DNA of 63,012 nt, the filler included, from Octopus bimaculoides (Eukaryota), in NCBI RefSeq assembly GCF_001194135.2. It is 6 parts of 6 records of this genome, joined end to end, with 100 filler letters (N's around TTAATTAATTAA, not from the genome) between each part and the next. Parts side by side here need not be neighbours in the genome. Positions count along the whole stretch, not along the records: positions 27,337 to 45,988 come from NC_069007.1; positions 46,089 to 49,346 come from NC_068983.1; positions 49,447 to 56,562 come from NC_069006.1; 3 more parts are not named here. The stretch is one strand, 5' to 3'. A model generated the notes under the pieces. The model worked only from the letters and a program-made list of their open reading frames with translations. It was not told where the DNA came from and searched no databases. Positions 40,045 to 54,244 of the stretch are shown piece by piece; position 1 is the stretch's first letter, and every line of letters begins with the position of its first letter. The position numbers and the translations under genes were made by a program.

Positions 40045-40068
40045 AGATAATGATGATGATGATGAAGA

Positions 40069-40107
<39 letters not shown>

Positions 40108-40172
40108 AAGATGATGATGATAATGATGATGATGATGATGATGATATCAAGAGCAACAAAGACAATAGCATC

Positions 40173-40206
<34 letters not shown>

Positions 40207-40551
40207 CGTCATCAATAAAATAAACACTAACAGCAACAATATCAACTAAAAAAAATAAGATCAACATTGACAACAGCATCAATATCAAACGCAACAACAA
40301 CAACAACGACAACAAAACAACAGCAACAACAACAACAGCAACAAAGATTACGTCAACAATACCAACAACGGCAAGAACAATGCCAAAAGCTGCAGCAGCA
40401 ACCACAACAACTACAATAAGCTGCTAAGCTAACAAAGGCGTTTATTTTCGAAGCTCGATTAAAGCTTTGAATACCTTGCGTACCCTATACTGCCTTTGAA
40501 GATAATGTAAACAAAGGAGTTGTGAGTCAACAGTGGCAACGCTTAATCAAT

Positions 40552-40601
<50 letters not shown>

Positions 40602-42673
40602 ACACTAACACACACACTCACACACACACTTGGACACAAAGGCTCACACACGCGTGCGAGCGTACAAAGACATGTATACACATATCGTATAATATAATCT
40701 GCGTGTGTGTTTGNNNNNNNNNNNNNNNNNNNNNNNNNNNNNNNNNNNNNNNNNNNNNNNNNNNNNNNNNNNNNNNNNNNNNNNNNNNNNNNNNNNNNNN
40801 NNNNNNNNNNNNNNNNNNNNNNNNNNNNNNNNNNNNNNNNNNNNNNNNNNNNNNNNNNNNNNNNNNNNNNNNNNNNNNNNNNNNNNNNNNNNNNNNNNNN
40901 NNNNNNNNNNNNNNNNNNNNNNNNNNNNNNNNNNNNNNNNNNNNNNNNNNNNNNNNNNNNNNNNNNNNNNNNNNNNNNNNNNNNNNNNNNNNNNNNNNNN
41001 NNNNNNNNNNNNNNNNNNNNNNNNNNNNNNNNNNNNNNNNNNNNNNNNNNNNNNNNNNNNNNNNNNNNNNNNNNNNNNNNNNNNNNNNNNNNNNNNNNNN
41101 NNNNNNNNNNNNNNNNNNNNNNNNNNNNNNNNNNNNNNNNNNNNNNNNNNNNNNNNNNNNNNNNNNNNNNNNNNNNNNNNNNNNNNNNNNNNNNNNNNNN
41201 NNNNNNNNNNNNNNNNNNNNNNNNNNNNNNNNNNNNNNNNNNNNNNNNNNNNNNNNNNNNNNNNNNNNNNNNNNNNNNNNNNNNNNNNNNNNNNNNNNNN
41301 NNNNNNNNNNNNNNNNNNNNNNNNNNNNNNNNNNNNNNNNNNNNNNNNNNNNNNNNNNNNNNNNNNNNNNNNNNNNNNNNNNNNNNNNNNNNNNNNNNNN
41401 NNNNNNNNNNNNNNNNNNNNNNNNNTATATATATATATATATATATATATTGCATATGGTGGGCGCTGTACGTTATTCGTGCGTGTGTCTGTGTTGTGTT
41501 TGGTAAAAAGCCCTTGATGGATTTTTCAAGATGCTAAGGGGAACTTCAATACAGATAGGAGCCATACTGTTTAAGTATGGTACTTGGCTTTGAGAACGAA
41601 ATATGGATATGGGCGTGTGTGGATGCAGTTGTGTTTTACTATATTCGCATATGGATATGTGTGGATGTATATATTTGTGTCTGTGCGTGACAATGCTATG
41701 TGCATGTCATATATATCATGTATATATATTTATACGTATAATATACGAATGTGTGTATGTGTGTGTGTATGTGTGTATTTGTATGTGTGTGTGTGTATGT
41801 GTATATTTGTGTGACGTCAAGAACTCACACATGCGTATGTTGATATACGTTCATACATTCTTATAAACACACATAAACACATACACACACGGAGATATAC
41901 ACATTCTTGACATATACGTTTGCATGCCTCATAATGCGGATGGTATGTGGGTGATATAGGTGCATATATATATATNNNNNNNNNNNNNNNNNNNNNNNNN
42001 NNNNNNNNNNNNNNNNNNNNNNNNNNNNNNNNNNNNNNNNNNNNNNNNNNNNNNNNNNNNNNNNNNNNNNNNNNNATATATATATATATGTATGTGTGTG
42101 CGTGCGTATGTGTATGTCTGTGTGTGTATACGCACTATAGTTTAGCTCTTCACATATTAAATATATTCTAATAATTCCACCTCCCTCTTTCCTCTCCTAC
42201 CGCTATCCATCACATCATTCTGTTCTTTCATCTTTATATTCATATTACTTTTTTATTCATACGTTCTCTGACCCTTTTGCTTTCAATTGTCTTTAGTCAT
42301 TTATATGTGTGTATGAAACACTTTCTCCAGTTGTCTATATATANNNNNNNNNNNNNNNNNNNNNNNNNNNNNNNNNNNNNNNNNNNNNNNNNNNNNNNNN
42401 NNNNNNNNNNNNNNNNNNNNNNNNNNNNNNNNNNNNNNNNNNNNNNNNNNNNNNNNNNNNNNNNNNNNNNNNNNNNNNNNNNNNNNNNNNNNNNNNNNNN
42501 NNNNNNNNNNNNNNNNNNNNNNNNNNNNNNNNNNNNNNNNNNNNNNNNNNNNNNNNNNNNNNNNNNNNNNNNNNNNNNNNNNNNNNNNNNNNNNNNNNNN
42601 NNNNNNNNNNNNNNNNNNNNNNNNNNNNNNNNNNNNNNNNNNNNNNNNNNNNNNNNNNNNNNNNNNNNNNNNN

Positions 42674-42707
<34 letters not shown>

Positions 42708-42755
42708 ATATGTATAAATTAACCTCATTTTTGAGATTTTCAGTGTCATTAATCA

Positions 42756-43120
42756 TACTCTTTTACTCTTTTACTCTTTTACTCTTTTACTCTTTTACTC
42801 TTTTACTTGCTTCAGTCATTTGACTGCGGCCATACTGGAGCACCGCCTTTAGTCAAGCAAGTCGACCCCAGGACTTATTCTTTGGAAGTTTAGCACTTAT
42901 TCTATCGAATTCTTTTGCCGAACTGTCTAAGTTACCGGGATGAAGCACAGACACACAAACATATACACACATACATATATACGACGTGCTTCTTTCAGCT
43001 TCCGTCTATCAAATCCACTTTCCAGGCTTTGGCCAGCCCGAAGCTATAGTAGAAGACACTTGTCCAAGGTGCCACGCATGTGGTTGGTAAGCAACCTACT
43101 TAACACACAGCCACTCCTAT
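42756..43120 (-). mobile_element. SINE family 1 with expanded (GTAAAAGA)n tail
   Basis: About six ACTCTTTT units at 42756-42803 followed by the family 1 body. Confidence 0.8.
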
Positions 43121-45349
43121 GCCTAATGATACATCGTAATAATATATTTATAATAACTTTCAACATTTTTGATAACGAGTATTGCACGGGTTTTCTTTTT
43201 TCATAACTGTATACCTAGTTTTGCACCACCATAAACATACATATTTACGTATGTACATGTATATTCAACCAAAGAAACTCCAAAGAGACAAGTGTTGACC
43301 TTCGTTCACAATTAAAATCGAAATATACAGTGAACTTCGTGTGTGAAGTGGAATGTCCAACGTTTCGGACAAAGTCTTTCTTCAAAGAAAATTTAAGAGG
43401 GTGGGAAATTAAAGAGACAGCTATGTTTTGCATCCGCTGTTAGAAAAAAAACTGGCTGCAAATCTATGTAACTATATAACTGTAATGATTACACCAGTTC
43501 AATTTAATGTCTCTTTTTCTTGTTTTGTGTTTAATCGTAGAAATTCAAATTTTTCAAAGAGGACATCAGCATAAAACAAATATAATTAAATGTGTGTCAA
43601 AATGTTTAATAAAGCCGCCATTAAAATAGATAACTTAAAGTAATTATACGGTGACCAACGAAAAACAAACATAAGTCAATCACAAAATGATATTTTTTTC
43701 TCTTCCGGAAAGAAATTTCTGCTTCAATGATTAAATAAAACAAGATCAAAACACCGCCGTATGTTTCTATCATGTTTGCCTAAAAAAATTAAAATAATAT
43801 TAGCCATTGATTAACATAACATTTCCCTTACTGCATAATTATTAGTAATTAGATCTTCAACGCTCCGTGCCTGAAATATCATCGCACCAACTTAACGTTC
43901 GTGTACATATGTATATTTTTTCTTTGACAAACAGTTTCACTCTAGCGATTTCTGCGTTTATTTTGTTTCTTTTTCTTTTTCTTTCATTTTTGCTAATATC
44001 TAATTGAAACCGGAATATTGGCAGAATCGTCAGCATATCGAACAAAATGCTGAGTCACATTCTTTCGCTTATTTACGTTCTAAGTTCAAATTCCACTGAG
44101 ATCGACTTTGCTTTTCAGCTCCCTGCGCATTCGATAAAATAAGTACCAGTTGACATAATAGACTAACGACCACCTACTAAAGACTGCTAAATTCCTGGCC
44201 TTATGTTAAAACATTGCATATTAAGGCGTTCAGCACAACGGATGAACTGCCGAATGGTACTTATTCCGGCTCTTTATATTCTGAGTTCACATATTGTCAA
44301 AGTCAACTGGTCAACGTTGGCCTTTCATCATCTCATCAACGACAAATGACTAAACGTTGACCACTTATCTCATCGACAGATACCTTCCTGCATATCTTCA
44401 GACCTAGTCTTTGCCGTAGCTGGGCTTCTTCTTCTTCTTCTTCTTCTTCTTCTTCTTCTTCTTCCACTTCTTCTTCTTCTTTCCTTCTCATTCTTTTTCT
44501 TCTTCTTCTTCTTCTTCTTCTTCTTCTTCTTCTTCTTCTTCTTCTCCTCCTTCTTCTTCTTCTTCTTTCCTTCTCATTCTTTTTCTTCTTCTTCTTCTTC
44601 TTCTCATTTTTTCTTCTTCTTCTTCTCCTTCTTCTTCTTCTTCTTCTTCTTCTTCTTCTTTCCTTCTCATTTTTCTTCTTCTTCTTCTTATTATTATTAT
44701 TNNNNNNNNNNNNNNNNNNNNNNNNNNNNNNNNNNNNNNNNNNNNNNNNNNNNNNNNNNNNNNNNNNNNNNNNNNNNNNNNNNNNNNNNNNNNNNNNNNN
44801 NNNNNNNNNNNNNNNNNNNNNNNNNNNNNNNNNNNNNNNNNNNNNNNNNNNNNNNNNNNNNNNNNNNNNNNNNNNNNNNNNNNNNNNNNNNNNNNNNNNN
44901 NNNNNNNNNNNNNNNNNNNNNNNNNNNNNNNNNNNNNNNNNNNNNNNNNNNNNNNNNNNNNNNNNNNNNNNNNNNNNNNNNNNNNNNNNNNNNNNNNNNN
45001 NNNNNNNNNNNNNNNNNNNNNNNNNNNNNNNNNNNNNNNNNNNNNNNNNNNNNNNNNNNNNNNNNNNNTCTTCTTCTTTTTCTTTTTCTTTCCTTCTCAT
45101 TCTTCTTCTTCTTCTTCTTCTCCTTCTTCTTCTTCTTCTTCTCCTTCTTCTTCTTCTTCTTCTTCTTCTTCTTCTTCTTCTTCTCCTTCTTCTTCTTCTT
45201 CTACTTCTTCTCCTTCTTCATAATTCTTATAATAATTTTAGGGGAATGACCAATCTTTTTTCTTCATTCCTAGTCATACAAGACTGGAGATGAAGAAAAA
45301 AACGTTGCAGAGAGTAGCAATAGTAATTATGGCTTTTCTCAGTCGATTT

Positions 45350-45484
45350 GGCTGTCGGAGGTTCTCCGCTAAGTCCGCATGAAGGATGCTTACAGCCATC
45401 GGAATGCGAAGAAAGGAGAGAAAGGTGGCGGAGTGCAGGATGAGAGAAGCAGTTGGAAAAGCCTCTTGCTGGTTATGGAACTAG
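45350..45484 (+). pseudogene. Restriction-like endonuclease C-terminus of an R2-group (HERO/NeSL-like) LINE
   Basis: GCRRFSAKSA*RMLTAIGMRRKERKVAECRMREAVGKASCWLWN*; resembles the EVGCRGF...AAEKASCWLW motif. Confidence 0.6.
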
Positions 45485-45858
45485 AAACAGGGGTTAACCT
45501 AGAAGCTAGGAGGAGATGAGGGGCAGTGATTTGGCCACATCTGCTTAACAAGAAGCTGGAGAATGTTCCAAAGGGAGAAGGTTCGTGGTTCAGGATGTAA
45601 ACACGCAATGAACGTTGGATACCGTCTGATGACATCAGAACCTCCTAGTCACATTTCCATTCACTTTGGTGAGTAGAAAAAAACACCACCTTATTATGTC
45701 TTACTAAAATATATATGTACACGCACACTCATACGCACATTCGCCCGCAAACACAGAAATATATATATATATATATATGTATGCAAGTATATACATATGG
45801 TTATATACAATATGTATATATACACATACATATATACAAATACATAATATATATGTAT

Positions 45859-45910
<52 letters not shown>

Positions 45911-46088
45911 ATATAATGATACATGATATATGCATATATAAAAATACATAATAAATGCATACATATATATACATATATATATACAAATNNNNNNNNNNNN
46001 NNNNNNNNNNNNNNNNNNNNNNNNNNNNNNNNTTAATTAATTAANNNNNNNNNNNNNNNNNNNNNNNNNNNNNNNNNNNNNNNNNNNN

Positions 46089-46430
46089 CTGTTGGGTCGA
46101 CATATGGCAGGCTCTCTTTCTCCCATTCATTCTCTTTATTAAGCAATCTATCGTAGTGGCATCTCCAGACCTCTTTCTTTGCATCCTCATTTAATGCAAG
46201 CGTACCATCATCCATGCGAACACATTTCTCTCCTACAACATCACTATTCTCTCTCCTACACTGTCTTGCAACACGAAATACCTCGAGTCTTTGGTCCTCA
46301 CGGCGCAGAACATTGGCAAATCTTTTCTTATCTGCTTCCCCTCTGGCTAAATAAACCTGTCGCCTAGCCTCCCTTCTGGCACATTGGTACAATTCCCTGC
46401 TACCACCGTTCTTCCAGTCCTTCCAAGCCT
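46089..46430 (-). pseudogene. RTE-like LINE ORF2 fragment (endonuclease-RT linker)
   Basis: REARRQVYLARGEADKKRFA...VFRVARQCRRENSDVVGEKCVRMDDGTLALNEDAKKEVWRCHYDRLLNKENEW. Confidence 0.75.
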
Positions 46431-46439
46431 GTTTCTTTC

Positions 46440-46860
46440 ACCATCATTTAACGTTTGTTGTTCAAGCTGGCATGGGTTCGATGGTTTGACTAGGGCTGGT
46501 ATACTGAGGGGCTGCATCAGACTCCAGTCTGATTTGGCAAGGTTTCTACGGTTGTATGCCCTTCCTAACACCAACCACTCCAAGAGTGTAATGGGTGCTT
46601 TTACATGCCACTGGCACCAGTATCTGCCATGACTACAATTTCACTTGGTTTGATGAGTCTTCTCAAGCACAGCATGTTGCCAAAGATCTGAGTCATTTGT
46701 CGTTCCTTTTGTGAGGCCCAATGCTCAAAAGGTGCTTTTTACATGCCACTTGCATGACACCGGCATCAGCTACATTGCCTGTGTGCGGCCCAATGCTTGT
46801 GGGGTACTTTTTACGTGCCAATTACGTGACACTAGCATCAGCCATGACTGCAATTTCACT
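46440..46860 (-). mobile_element. RTE-type 3' tail or RTE-dependent short element
   Basis: catcatttaacgt...gctggcatgggtt...tttctacggttgtatgcccttcctaacaccaacc; fragments at about 2830-2930, 11770-11815, 13880-13920, 21480-21515, 49255-49310. Confidence 0.6.
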
Positions 46861-48383
46861 TCTCTTGATGGGTTTTCTTCTCAAGGAAATTTGGTTAGAT
46901 TGTAGCTGACTTGGTGAAGGTCATTGTGAATATAAGCTGGAATCATTTGCTATGTCAACAGTAAGTAAATATGTTGTCACACCCAAGTATTTACATTTAA
47001 AAAGAATCAAAGATCAGAAAGAAGAATTTTAGAAGTAAAATTGTCTGAAGAAGAAAAGAAAGAAAATATTTAGGAGTAGGAGTAAAGTAGATTTGCTAGA
47101 AGATAGGACGGAAGAGAGGGAGATTGGAGATAAAGTTACTGGTCATTAGGGGAATATAGTAGTTCAAGGTAAATTGGTGGTTTACCACTTAACAATAAAA
47201 CTCTAAATTCGCATATCCACATGCATGCACGTATTTCCTCTGTGTGCCTGTAGTATCCTATAGGTGTGCATGCACAAGTACATACCTGCATATTCTCATG
47301 TGCAGAGAAAAAGCTCTAGCGAGATCACAAGGTTAAGAAAAGATAAAGTTAGCTAAAAAAGTTGTATGTTATAAATAAATAGAGGTGCTTCAAGTGGAGG
47401 TGGAGGAATAGTTAGGGAATAATTGGAGAGGGTGCTATTATTTGTACCCTGAAAAAGTGTTACAATTAAGAGATCTGAATTAGTGATGAAGCCTAGAAGT
47501 GTTAGTGAGTAACAAAAAGTTGACCTTAGATATATATTCAGCCACTGCTGAGAGTGATGATATACATAAGAATATACAAATAAATAAACAAAGCAATAAG
47601 ATAGAATTTTGTCATGAAGGAGGAGATGCACAAAACCCTAGCAAGTAATACAGAGCAAAATAATAGTATCATTTAAATGTCTGTGTAGATACCTACATAA
47701 GCAGACATGCATACATCCCACTGCACAAAACTACAGGATCCAAAACGTGTTTGTACACATGCACATGTGTGTATCTGCATATATAATTGTATGTGTGTAT
47801 GTATACATACAGAGAGAGAAAATTTGAACTTTTGGAGACAATATTTACATATCACCTGAAGAAACTACTAGATCTCCTAATGCAGGGAAACAGTTGCATA
47901 ATCAAGTACCTGCACACTTGGAGAACTACGTTGCATAGAAACAAATGTAAGGATTGAAAATAAATGTCCAACTGTACTCCTCATTGACTCCAAATCTTGG
48001 AAATTATATTTACATATATAGTGAGAATTTACAAAAAAAAAAAACACAAGATGAAGACTGGTGTGTAAACAACAAATAGATGTATTAGTTTAACGCTCGG
48101 GAAGTGAGAAAGTCTTTTACGTTTTGGGTCTATGCTCTTCAACAGAAATAAACAGGGAGAGAAAATATAAAAAGGTTTAGTGGCGAGCGATCTATCATGG
48201 CAAAATATATATATATATATTAATATTTCTAAGTCTCTCTAAAGGAGACTACGACAGCGGTACAGGAAATTAATAGTTATTAGTATTTCTATTTTTGAAA
48301 ACCAGTGGATATATTCCACTGAATTTAGGTAAATAATCCTTCGAACAGATGGTCAGTAGCGACACCTGCCTGGTTCGGCTGCT

Positions 48384-48424
48384 CTGCATTGATAAGGGGC
48401 AAATACCCTGAAACTAGTCTGTAG
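48384..48424 (+). ncRNA. Degenerate minimal hammerhead motif
   Basis: CTGCA-TTGATAA-GGGG caaata CCCT-GAAA-CTAG-TC-TGTAG; palindromic ACTAGT stem III; core positions C3 and G8 altered. Confidence 0.45.
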
Positions 48425-49311
48425 ATGCCAGACCAGCAAGGGGAAGCGGCTGACCTCTCCTTTTCAAAGGTTATAATGGACACAGGTTTGTGTGTCACAT
48501 AGCTAGCTAGAGGCGATGNNNNNNNNNNCAAAGGTTATAATGGACACAGGTTTGTGTGTCACATAGCTAGCTAGAGGCGATGGCCTCTTGGAGCTAATCA
48601 ATGGCAGCATTCGTCCTATTTTCCTGGACTGCCATGTTAGCTTGGCAATAACTATTAATATGCATTGTAAATTGTTTTAGCAAAAACATCATGCTGCATA
48701 GGGAGGTAGTACTGTGACCGACATTTTAGGACAGCTGCTAATCACATGCATAGTGTCTTCCACAGAAACAGGACATAGCCTACACATGCAGTTGCACCCT
48801 GGGATTACAAGAGCGTCACTGTCTCTCTTGTTCACCGGGTACTTTGTGTCAAACTCTTGTTCCTGGATTGCAAGCGCATAGCCCTTAAATTATGATGTGA
48901 TGTAGTGGTCTTGTGTCCAAGAGAGGCTGCGCTTCGTGTCGATTCTACAATCTTCTTCAAACTTCCGGGCATGGTCTTTTTTTTATATGCTGAGTGCTTT
49001 CCATCCAGGTCTTCTCTGAGGTGTGTGTGTGTATGCATGTATGTATGTATATGTATGCATATATGCTCATGCATGCATATATGCATACACGTATGCATAT
49101 ATATGTATATATATACGTATATATTTATGTAAGTGTGTAGATGTGTCTGCGTGTATGTACATGTAAATGTATGTTTACGTACTGGTATGTGTGTCTGTTC
49201 AAGTTGTATATATAACTGTTACTCTGTTGAAGGTTTTATATATATATATATATATATCATCATCATCATCGTTTAACGTCCGCTTTCCATGCTAGCATGG
49301 GTTGGACGACT

Positions 49312-49346
<35 letters not shown>

Positions 49347-49446
49347 NNNNNNNNNNNNNNNNNNNNNNNNNNNNNNNNNNNNNNNNNNNNTTAATTAATT
49401 AANNNNNNNNNNNNNNNNNNNNNNNNNNNNNNNNNNNNNNNNNNNN

Positions 49447-49670
49447 AATAAAAAAATATTCAGACAAATACATAACAAAAACACCAGGACTTACAAATAT
49501 ATATAACATACAGAAAATTGCACTACTGGGCACTGCACACATTCTACGCAAAACACTTTCAATACAGTAAACATAAGAGCACCACAGCAAACCACAGCAC
49601 ATACCCAAGGCGCACAGAGCTGCGCTCGGTAGTGAAGTGAAAGCACGTTATAAAAATAAAACTACTGAAC

Positions 49671-49711
<41 letters not shown>
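49447..49711 (+). mobile_element. Well-preserved 3' end of an R4/Dong-like LINE with (AAT)n tail
   Basis: KKYSDKYITKTPGLTNIYNIQKIALLGTAHILRKTLSIQ* (49451-49570), short 3' UTR, (AAT)n. Confidence 0.75.
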
Positions 49712-49714
<3 letters not shown>

Positions 49715-50956
49715 GAACAGAAGCCAGAGTGGGTGGGTGAGGTAATGGTTCAAGCTGCCTTTTTGAATTCTGTGCAAAACAGAAAAAAAGAGGAGAAAAA
49801 AGAACACAGTATGAAACCACCATCACCACCACAACAACAACAACATATGAAGAACAGCAACACAGATTGCATGAGTTGTAATGAGTTGAGAAACTAAAGA
49901 TTCAAAAACGCAACGAGAGAAAATGGCTTGAAATGAATCAACAAAGAAAGAATGAAATGGTGAGAAAACTGTTGCTAAATATCAAACACTAGACACACAC
50001 AATATCTAGAAGAAACATCTATATTCACCATCTACTCTCATGGATATACACATCTCCACACATCTATATACACGCATATACATACATTACTATCCCAGTG
50101 CCCTAGAGACAAAGCATGCAGCTATTGGATGCTTGTTTACAAACAGTTTTTCAGCTTAAATGAGAGCAAAAACAAGAGAAGGACAGAGTTTGTAGGTGAA
50201 TCGAATAAATATTAGAGAGGAAGCTTGGTAGCAGAAGGGTTATGAAAATAAGGGCCGAGACAACTGACTGCAAGAAATCAGCTAAAATATGGCTATATTA
50301 ATAGTAATAATGTTGCAGCTTGCTGGTTTATTATTATAGCTACTCTCTAGTCTCTTCAGTTGAGGTTACTGAGAAATAATAGCATTTTATATTGTAATTT
50401 GTGAATTATAGCACTGAATTATAGCGGTGAGGGGGTTTTACCAACAGGCTAGTGAGAGATGGAGAGAGACAAAGGAGCATCTGTGTAATTTAGAGCAGAA
50501 CAATTATCACAAGCATTTATTATTTTTTTTTTTTTTTTCCAGTTTTATCTACTGTGCTTTACAACATACACACATAGAGAGTGTGTGGTTTAACGACTAG
50601 GCTATTCCGATCATAAAACCGTGAGTTTCATTTCCAGTAGTGCATTATGTCCTTGAGCAAGACACTCTATTTCACATTGCTCCACTCTACTGGCAAAAAT
50701 GAGTTGGACCTGTAATTCGAAGGGGCCAAGCTTTGTTACACTCGGCATCACACCGAATCTCCCTGAGATTCGGTGTGATGCAGAGTGTCCGTAGAGTACT
50801 CAGCCACTTGAATGTTAATTTCATGACCAGGCTGTCCCATTGATTGAAATGATTAGAATGTTCATCACCGTGACTGATGGGGAGCCAGGACATACATGTG
50901 GACTTGCATACAAACATGCACACACATGTGGGTGCATAAGTCTGTATATACATTAT

Positions 50957-51001
<45 letters not shown>

Positions 51002-51143
51002 NNNNNNNNNNNNNNNNNNNNNNNNNNNNNNNNNNNNNNNNNNNNNNNNNNNNNNNNNNNNNNNNNNNNNNNNNNNNNNNNNNNNNNNNNNNNNNNNNNN
51101 NGATCCTTCTTAAAATTTTCTTTTTGTGTTATATTTTTTCCAA

Positions 51144-51174
<31 letters not shown>

Positions 51175-52612
51175 CTAAACATCCAGGTTCTTTATGGACT
51201 GAGTTCAAATCCCATGGAGTTCAACTTTGCCTTTCATCCTTTCGGGGTCGATAAAATAAGAAGTAGCTGAGCACTGGGGTTGAGGTAATCAACTTAGCCC
51301 TCTTACCATTGTGTGTGTACTTGTTCTGAATCGTTGTGTTCTGGGTTCAATTCTTACCCACTCCACTCAGCCAACTACTCCGTCAAACCCAATCATCATT
51401 GCCATCATCACTATCACCACAACCATAATCATCAAACTAGACTCTGTCATCATAATTATCAAAGTTACCACCACAACCACAACCCTCCTCCTCCTCCTCC
51501 TCTTGAGAAAACTAAAGTAATTCCCAACTTTCTAAGCTACTTTCAATCCCCAGTTGATATCATTTCACTTTACTCATGCAGCGAGAGGTCTCGGGTGGGG
51601 GTGGGGAGGATAGAAACATGTAACATTATATATTCCCCTGTCATCACCCCCATATACACTTCCCTCCTTTATAGAAAAGAAAACAAAAAAACAAACACCC
51701 AACTGATACATGGTTGCTTAAATAAGAAATCAATAATTTATTTTACCAAAGATCTTAATGCTGGTCCCTTGAGGAATTTAAAAACAACGACAATAAATAA
51801 AATATGAAATAAAAAATTATTTAAAAAACAGACATGATTCAACAGTTTGTAGGAAAATTGAAAAAGAAACCTGACCGACAGAAAGAAAAAAAATGATATT
51901 AAAGAAGTGAGGGGCGGATAAGTCAAGCTAAGAGTACAGGTATTTGTTGTGGAGCAGTGTAATGTGGCCCTGCTGTGCACCAGTCATTCATTCGCTATGG
52001 GAAGTGATCTTAATATCTTGTTACATAGCGACAAACGAGGGTGGTGGTGGTGGTGGTGGTGGTTGTGGCAGAAATAAGAGGAAAATGAAATTAAAAAGAA
52101 GTAATGGGTGAATAAGAGAAAGAGAAGGAGTCGATGAATGAAAAAGTAAGAAGAAGCGACTGGTGTGTCACAGNNNNNNNNNNNNNNNNNNNNNNNNNNN
52201 NNNNNNNNNNNNNNNNNNNNNNNNNNNNNNNNNNNNNNNNNNNNNNNNNNNNNNNNNNNNNNNNNNNNNNNNNNNNNNNNNNNNNNNNNNNNNNNNNNNN
52301 NNNNNNNNNNNNNNNNNNNNNNNNNNNNNNNNNNNNNNNNNNNNNNNNNNNNNNNNNNNNNNNNNNNNNNNNNNNNNNNNNNNNNNNNNNNNNNNNNNNN
52401 NNNNNNNNNNNNNNNNNNNNNNNNNNNNNNNNNNNNNNNNNNNNNNNNNNNNNNNNNNNNNNNNNNNNNNNNNNNNNNNNNNNNNNNNNNNNNNNNNNNN
52501 NNNNNNNNNNNNNNNNNNNNNNNNNNNNNNNNNNNNNNNNNNNNNNNNNNNNNNNNNNNNNNNNNNNNNNNNNNNNNNNNNNNNNNNNNNNNNNNNNNNN
52601 NNNNNNNNNNNN

Positions 52613-52659
<47 letters not shown>

Positions 52660-52667
<8 letters not shown>

Positions 52668-52872
52668 TTGTGTGTCTGTGTTTGTCCCCCTAGCATTGCT
52701 TGACAACCAATGCTGGTGTGTTTATGTCCCCGTCACTTAGCGGTTCGGCAAAAAGAGACCGATAGAATAAATACTAGGCTTACAAAGAATAAGTCCCGGG
52801 GTCGATTTGCTCGACTAAAGGCGGTGCTCCAGCATGGCCGCAGTCAAATGACTGAAACAGGTAAAAGAGTAA
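52660..52872 (+). mobile_element. SINE family 1, 3' half, well preserved
   Basis: Very similar to 2140-2325. Confidence 0.85.
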
Positions 52873-53309
52873 ATAAAGGCCAAAAAAGGACAACATAAAC
52901 ACCTGATAAAAAAAACAGCAAAACATAGTAGCCACAGGTAAGTACATTATCATTATAATCCTCATCACCATTGTTGTCACCTCCTCTTCATCATCATCAA
53001 TTTTGTGATCATTATAGACACCATCATCATAATCATCACCACAACAAGAACAACATGAACGGTAATAAGAATATAAACAAAGAGAACGACAACAACAGCA
53101 TTTAGAATAGCAAGAGGAGAAGAGAATAAAAAGGAGAGTAGAAGAGGAATTGTTAGAATTCTCTGGATTTACTACCACCACAACCACAACCGTCATCAAC
53201 ACTATCACTACTACAACCACAACTGTCATTGATATTATCATTGCAACCGGCATCACAACCAGCATCACCATTTCTACCATGACCAGCACCACCACTACCA
53301 TCATGACCA

Positions 53310-53480
53310 CTACCACCACCACCACCACCACAACTACCACCGCCGCCGCCACCACAACTACCACCACAACCACCACCACCGCCACTGCTACCACCATCCC
53401 TATTACTACCACCACCACCACAACTACCACCGCCGCCGCCACCACAACTACCACCACAACCACCACCACCGCCACTGCTA
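53310..53480. repeat. CAC/ACC-rich tandem duplication running into a gap
   Basis: accaccacaactaccaccgccgccgccaccacaactaccaccacaaccaccaccaccgccactgcta occurs twice. Confidence 0.8.
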
Positions 53481-54244
53481 NNNNNNNNNNNNNNNNNNNN
53501 NNNNNNNNNNNNNNNNNNNNNNNNNNNNNNNNNNNNNNNNNNNNNNNNNNNNNNNNNNNNNNNNNNNNNNNNNNNNNNNNNNNNNNNNNNNNNNNNNNNN
53601 NNNNNNNNNNNNNNNNNNNNNNNNNNNNNNNNNNNNNNNNNNNNNNNNNNNNNNNNNNNNNNNNNNNNNNNNNNNNNNNNNNNNNNNNNNNNNNNNNNNN
53701 NNNNNNNNNNNNNNNNNNNNNNNNNNNNNNNNNNNNNNNNNNNNNNNNNNNNNNNNNNNNNNNNNNNNNNNNNNNNNNNNNNNNNNNNNNNNNNNNNNNN
53801 NNNNNNNNNNNNNNNNNNNNNNNNNNNNNNNNNNNNNNNNNNNNNNNNNNNNNNNNNNNNNNNNNNNNNNNNNNNNNNNNNNNNNNNNNNNNNNNNNNNN
53901 NNNNNNNNNNNNNNNNNNNNNNNNNNNNNNNNNNNNNNNNNNNNNNNNNNNNNNNNNNNNNNNNNNNNNNNNNNNNNNNNNNNNNNNNNNNNNNNNNNNN
54001 NNNNNNNNNNNNNNNNNNNNNNNNNNNNNNNNNNNNNNNNNNNNNNNNNNNNNNNNNNNNNNNNNNNNNNNNNNNNNNNNNNNNNNNNNNNNNNNNNNNN
54101 NNNNNNNNNNNNNNNNNNNNNNNNNNNNNNNNNNNNNNNNNNNNNNNNNNNNNNNNNNNNNNNNNNNNNNNNNNNNNNNNNNNNNNNNNNNNNNNNNNNN
54201 NNNNNNNNNNNNNNNNNNNNNNNNNNNNNNNNNNNNNNNNNNTT

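Noticed and set aside
48465-48582. 54-bp direct repeat around a 10-N gap
   Set aside because: Typical unmerged contig overlap; the duplication across the gap at 61995-62200 may be the same.
53150-53480. Thr-rich mucin-like ORF
   Set aside because: CAC/ACC repeat running into a gap, with no splice or homology support.
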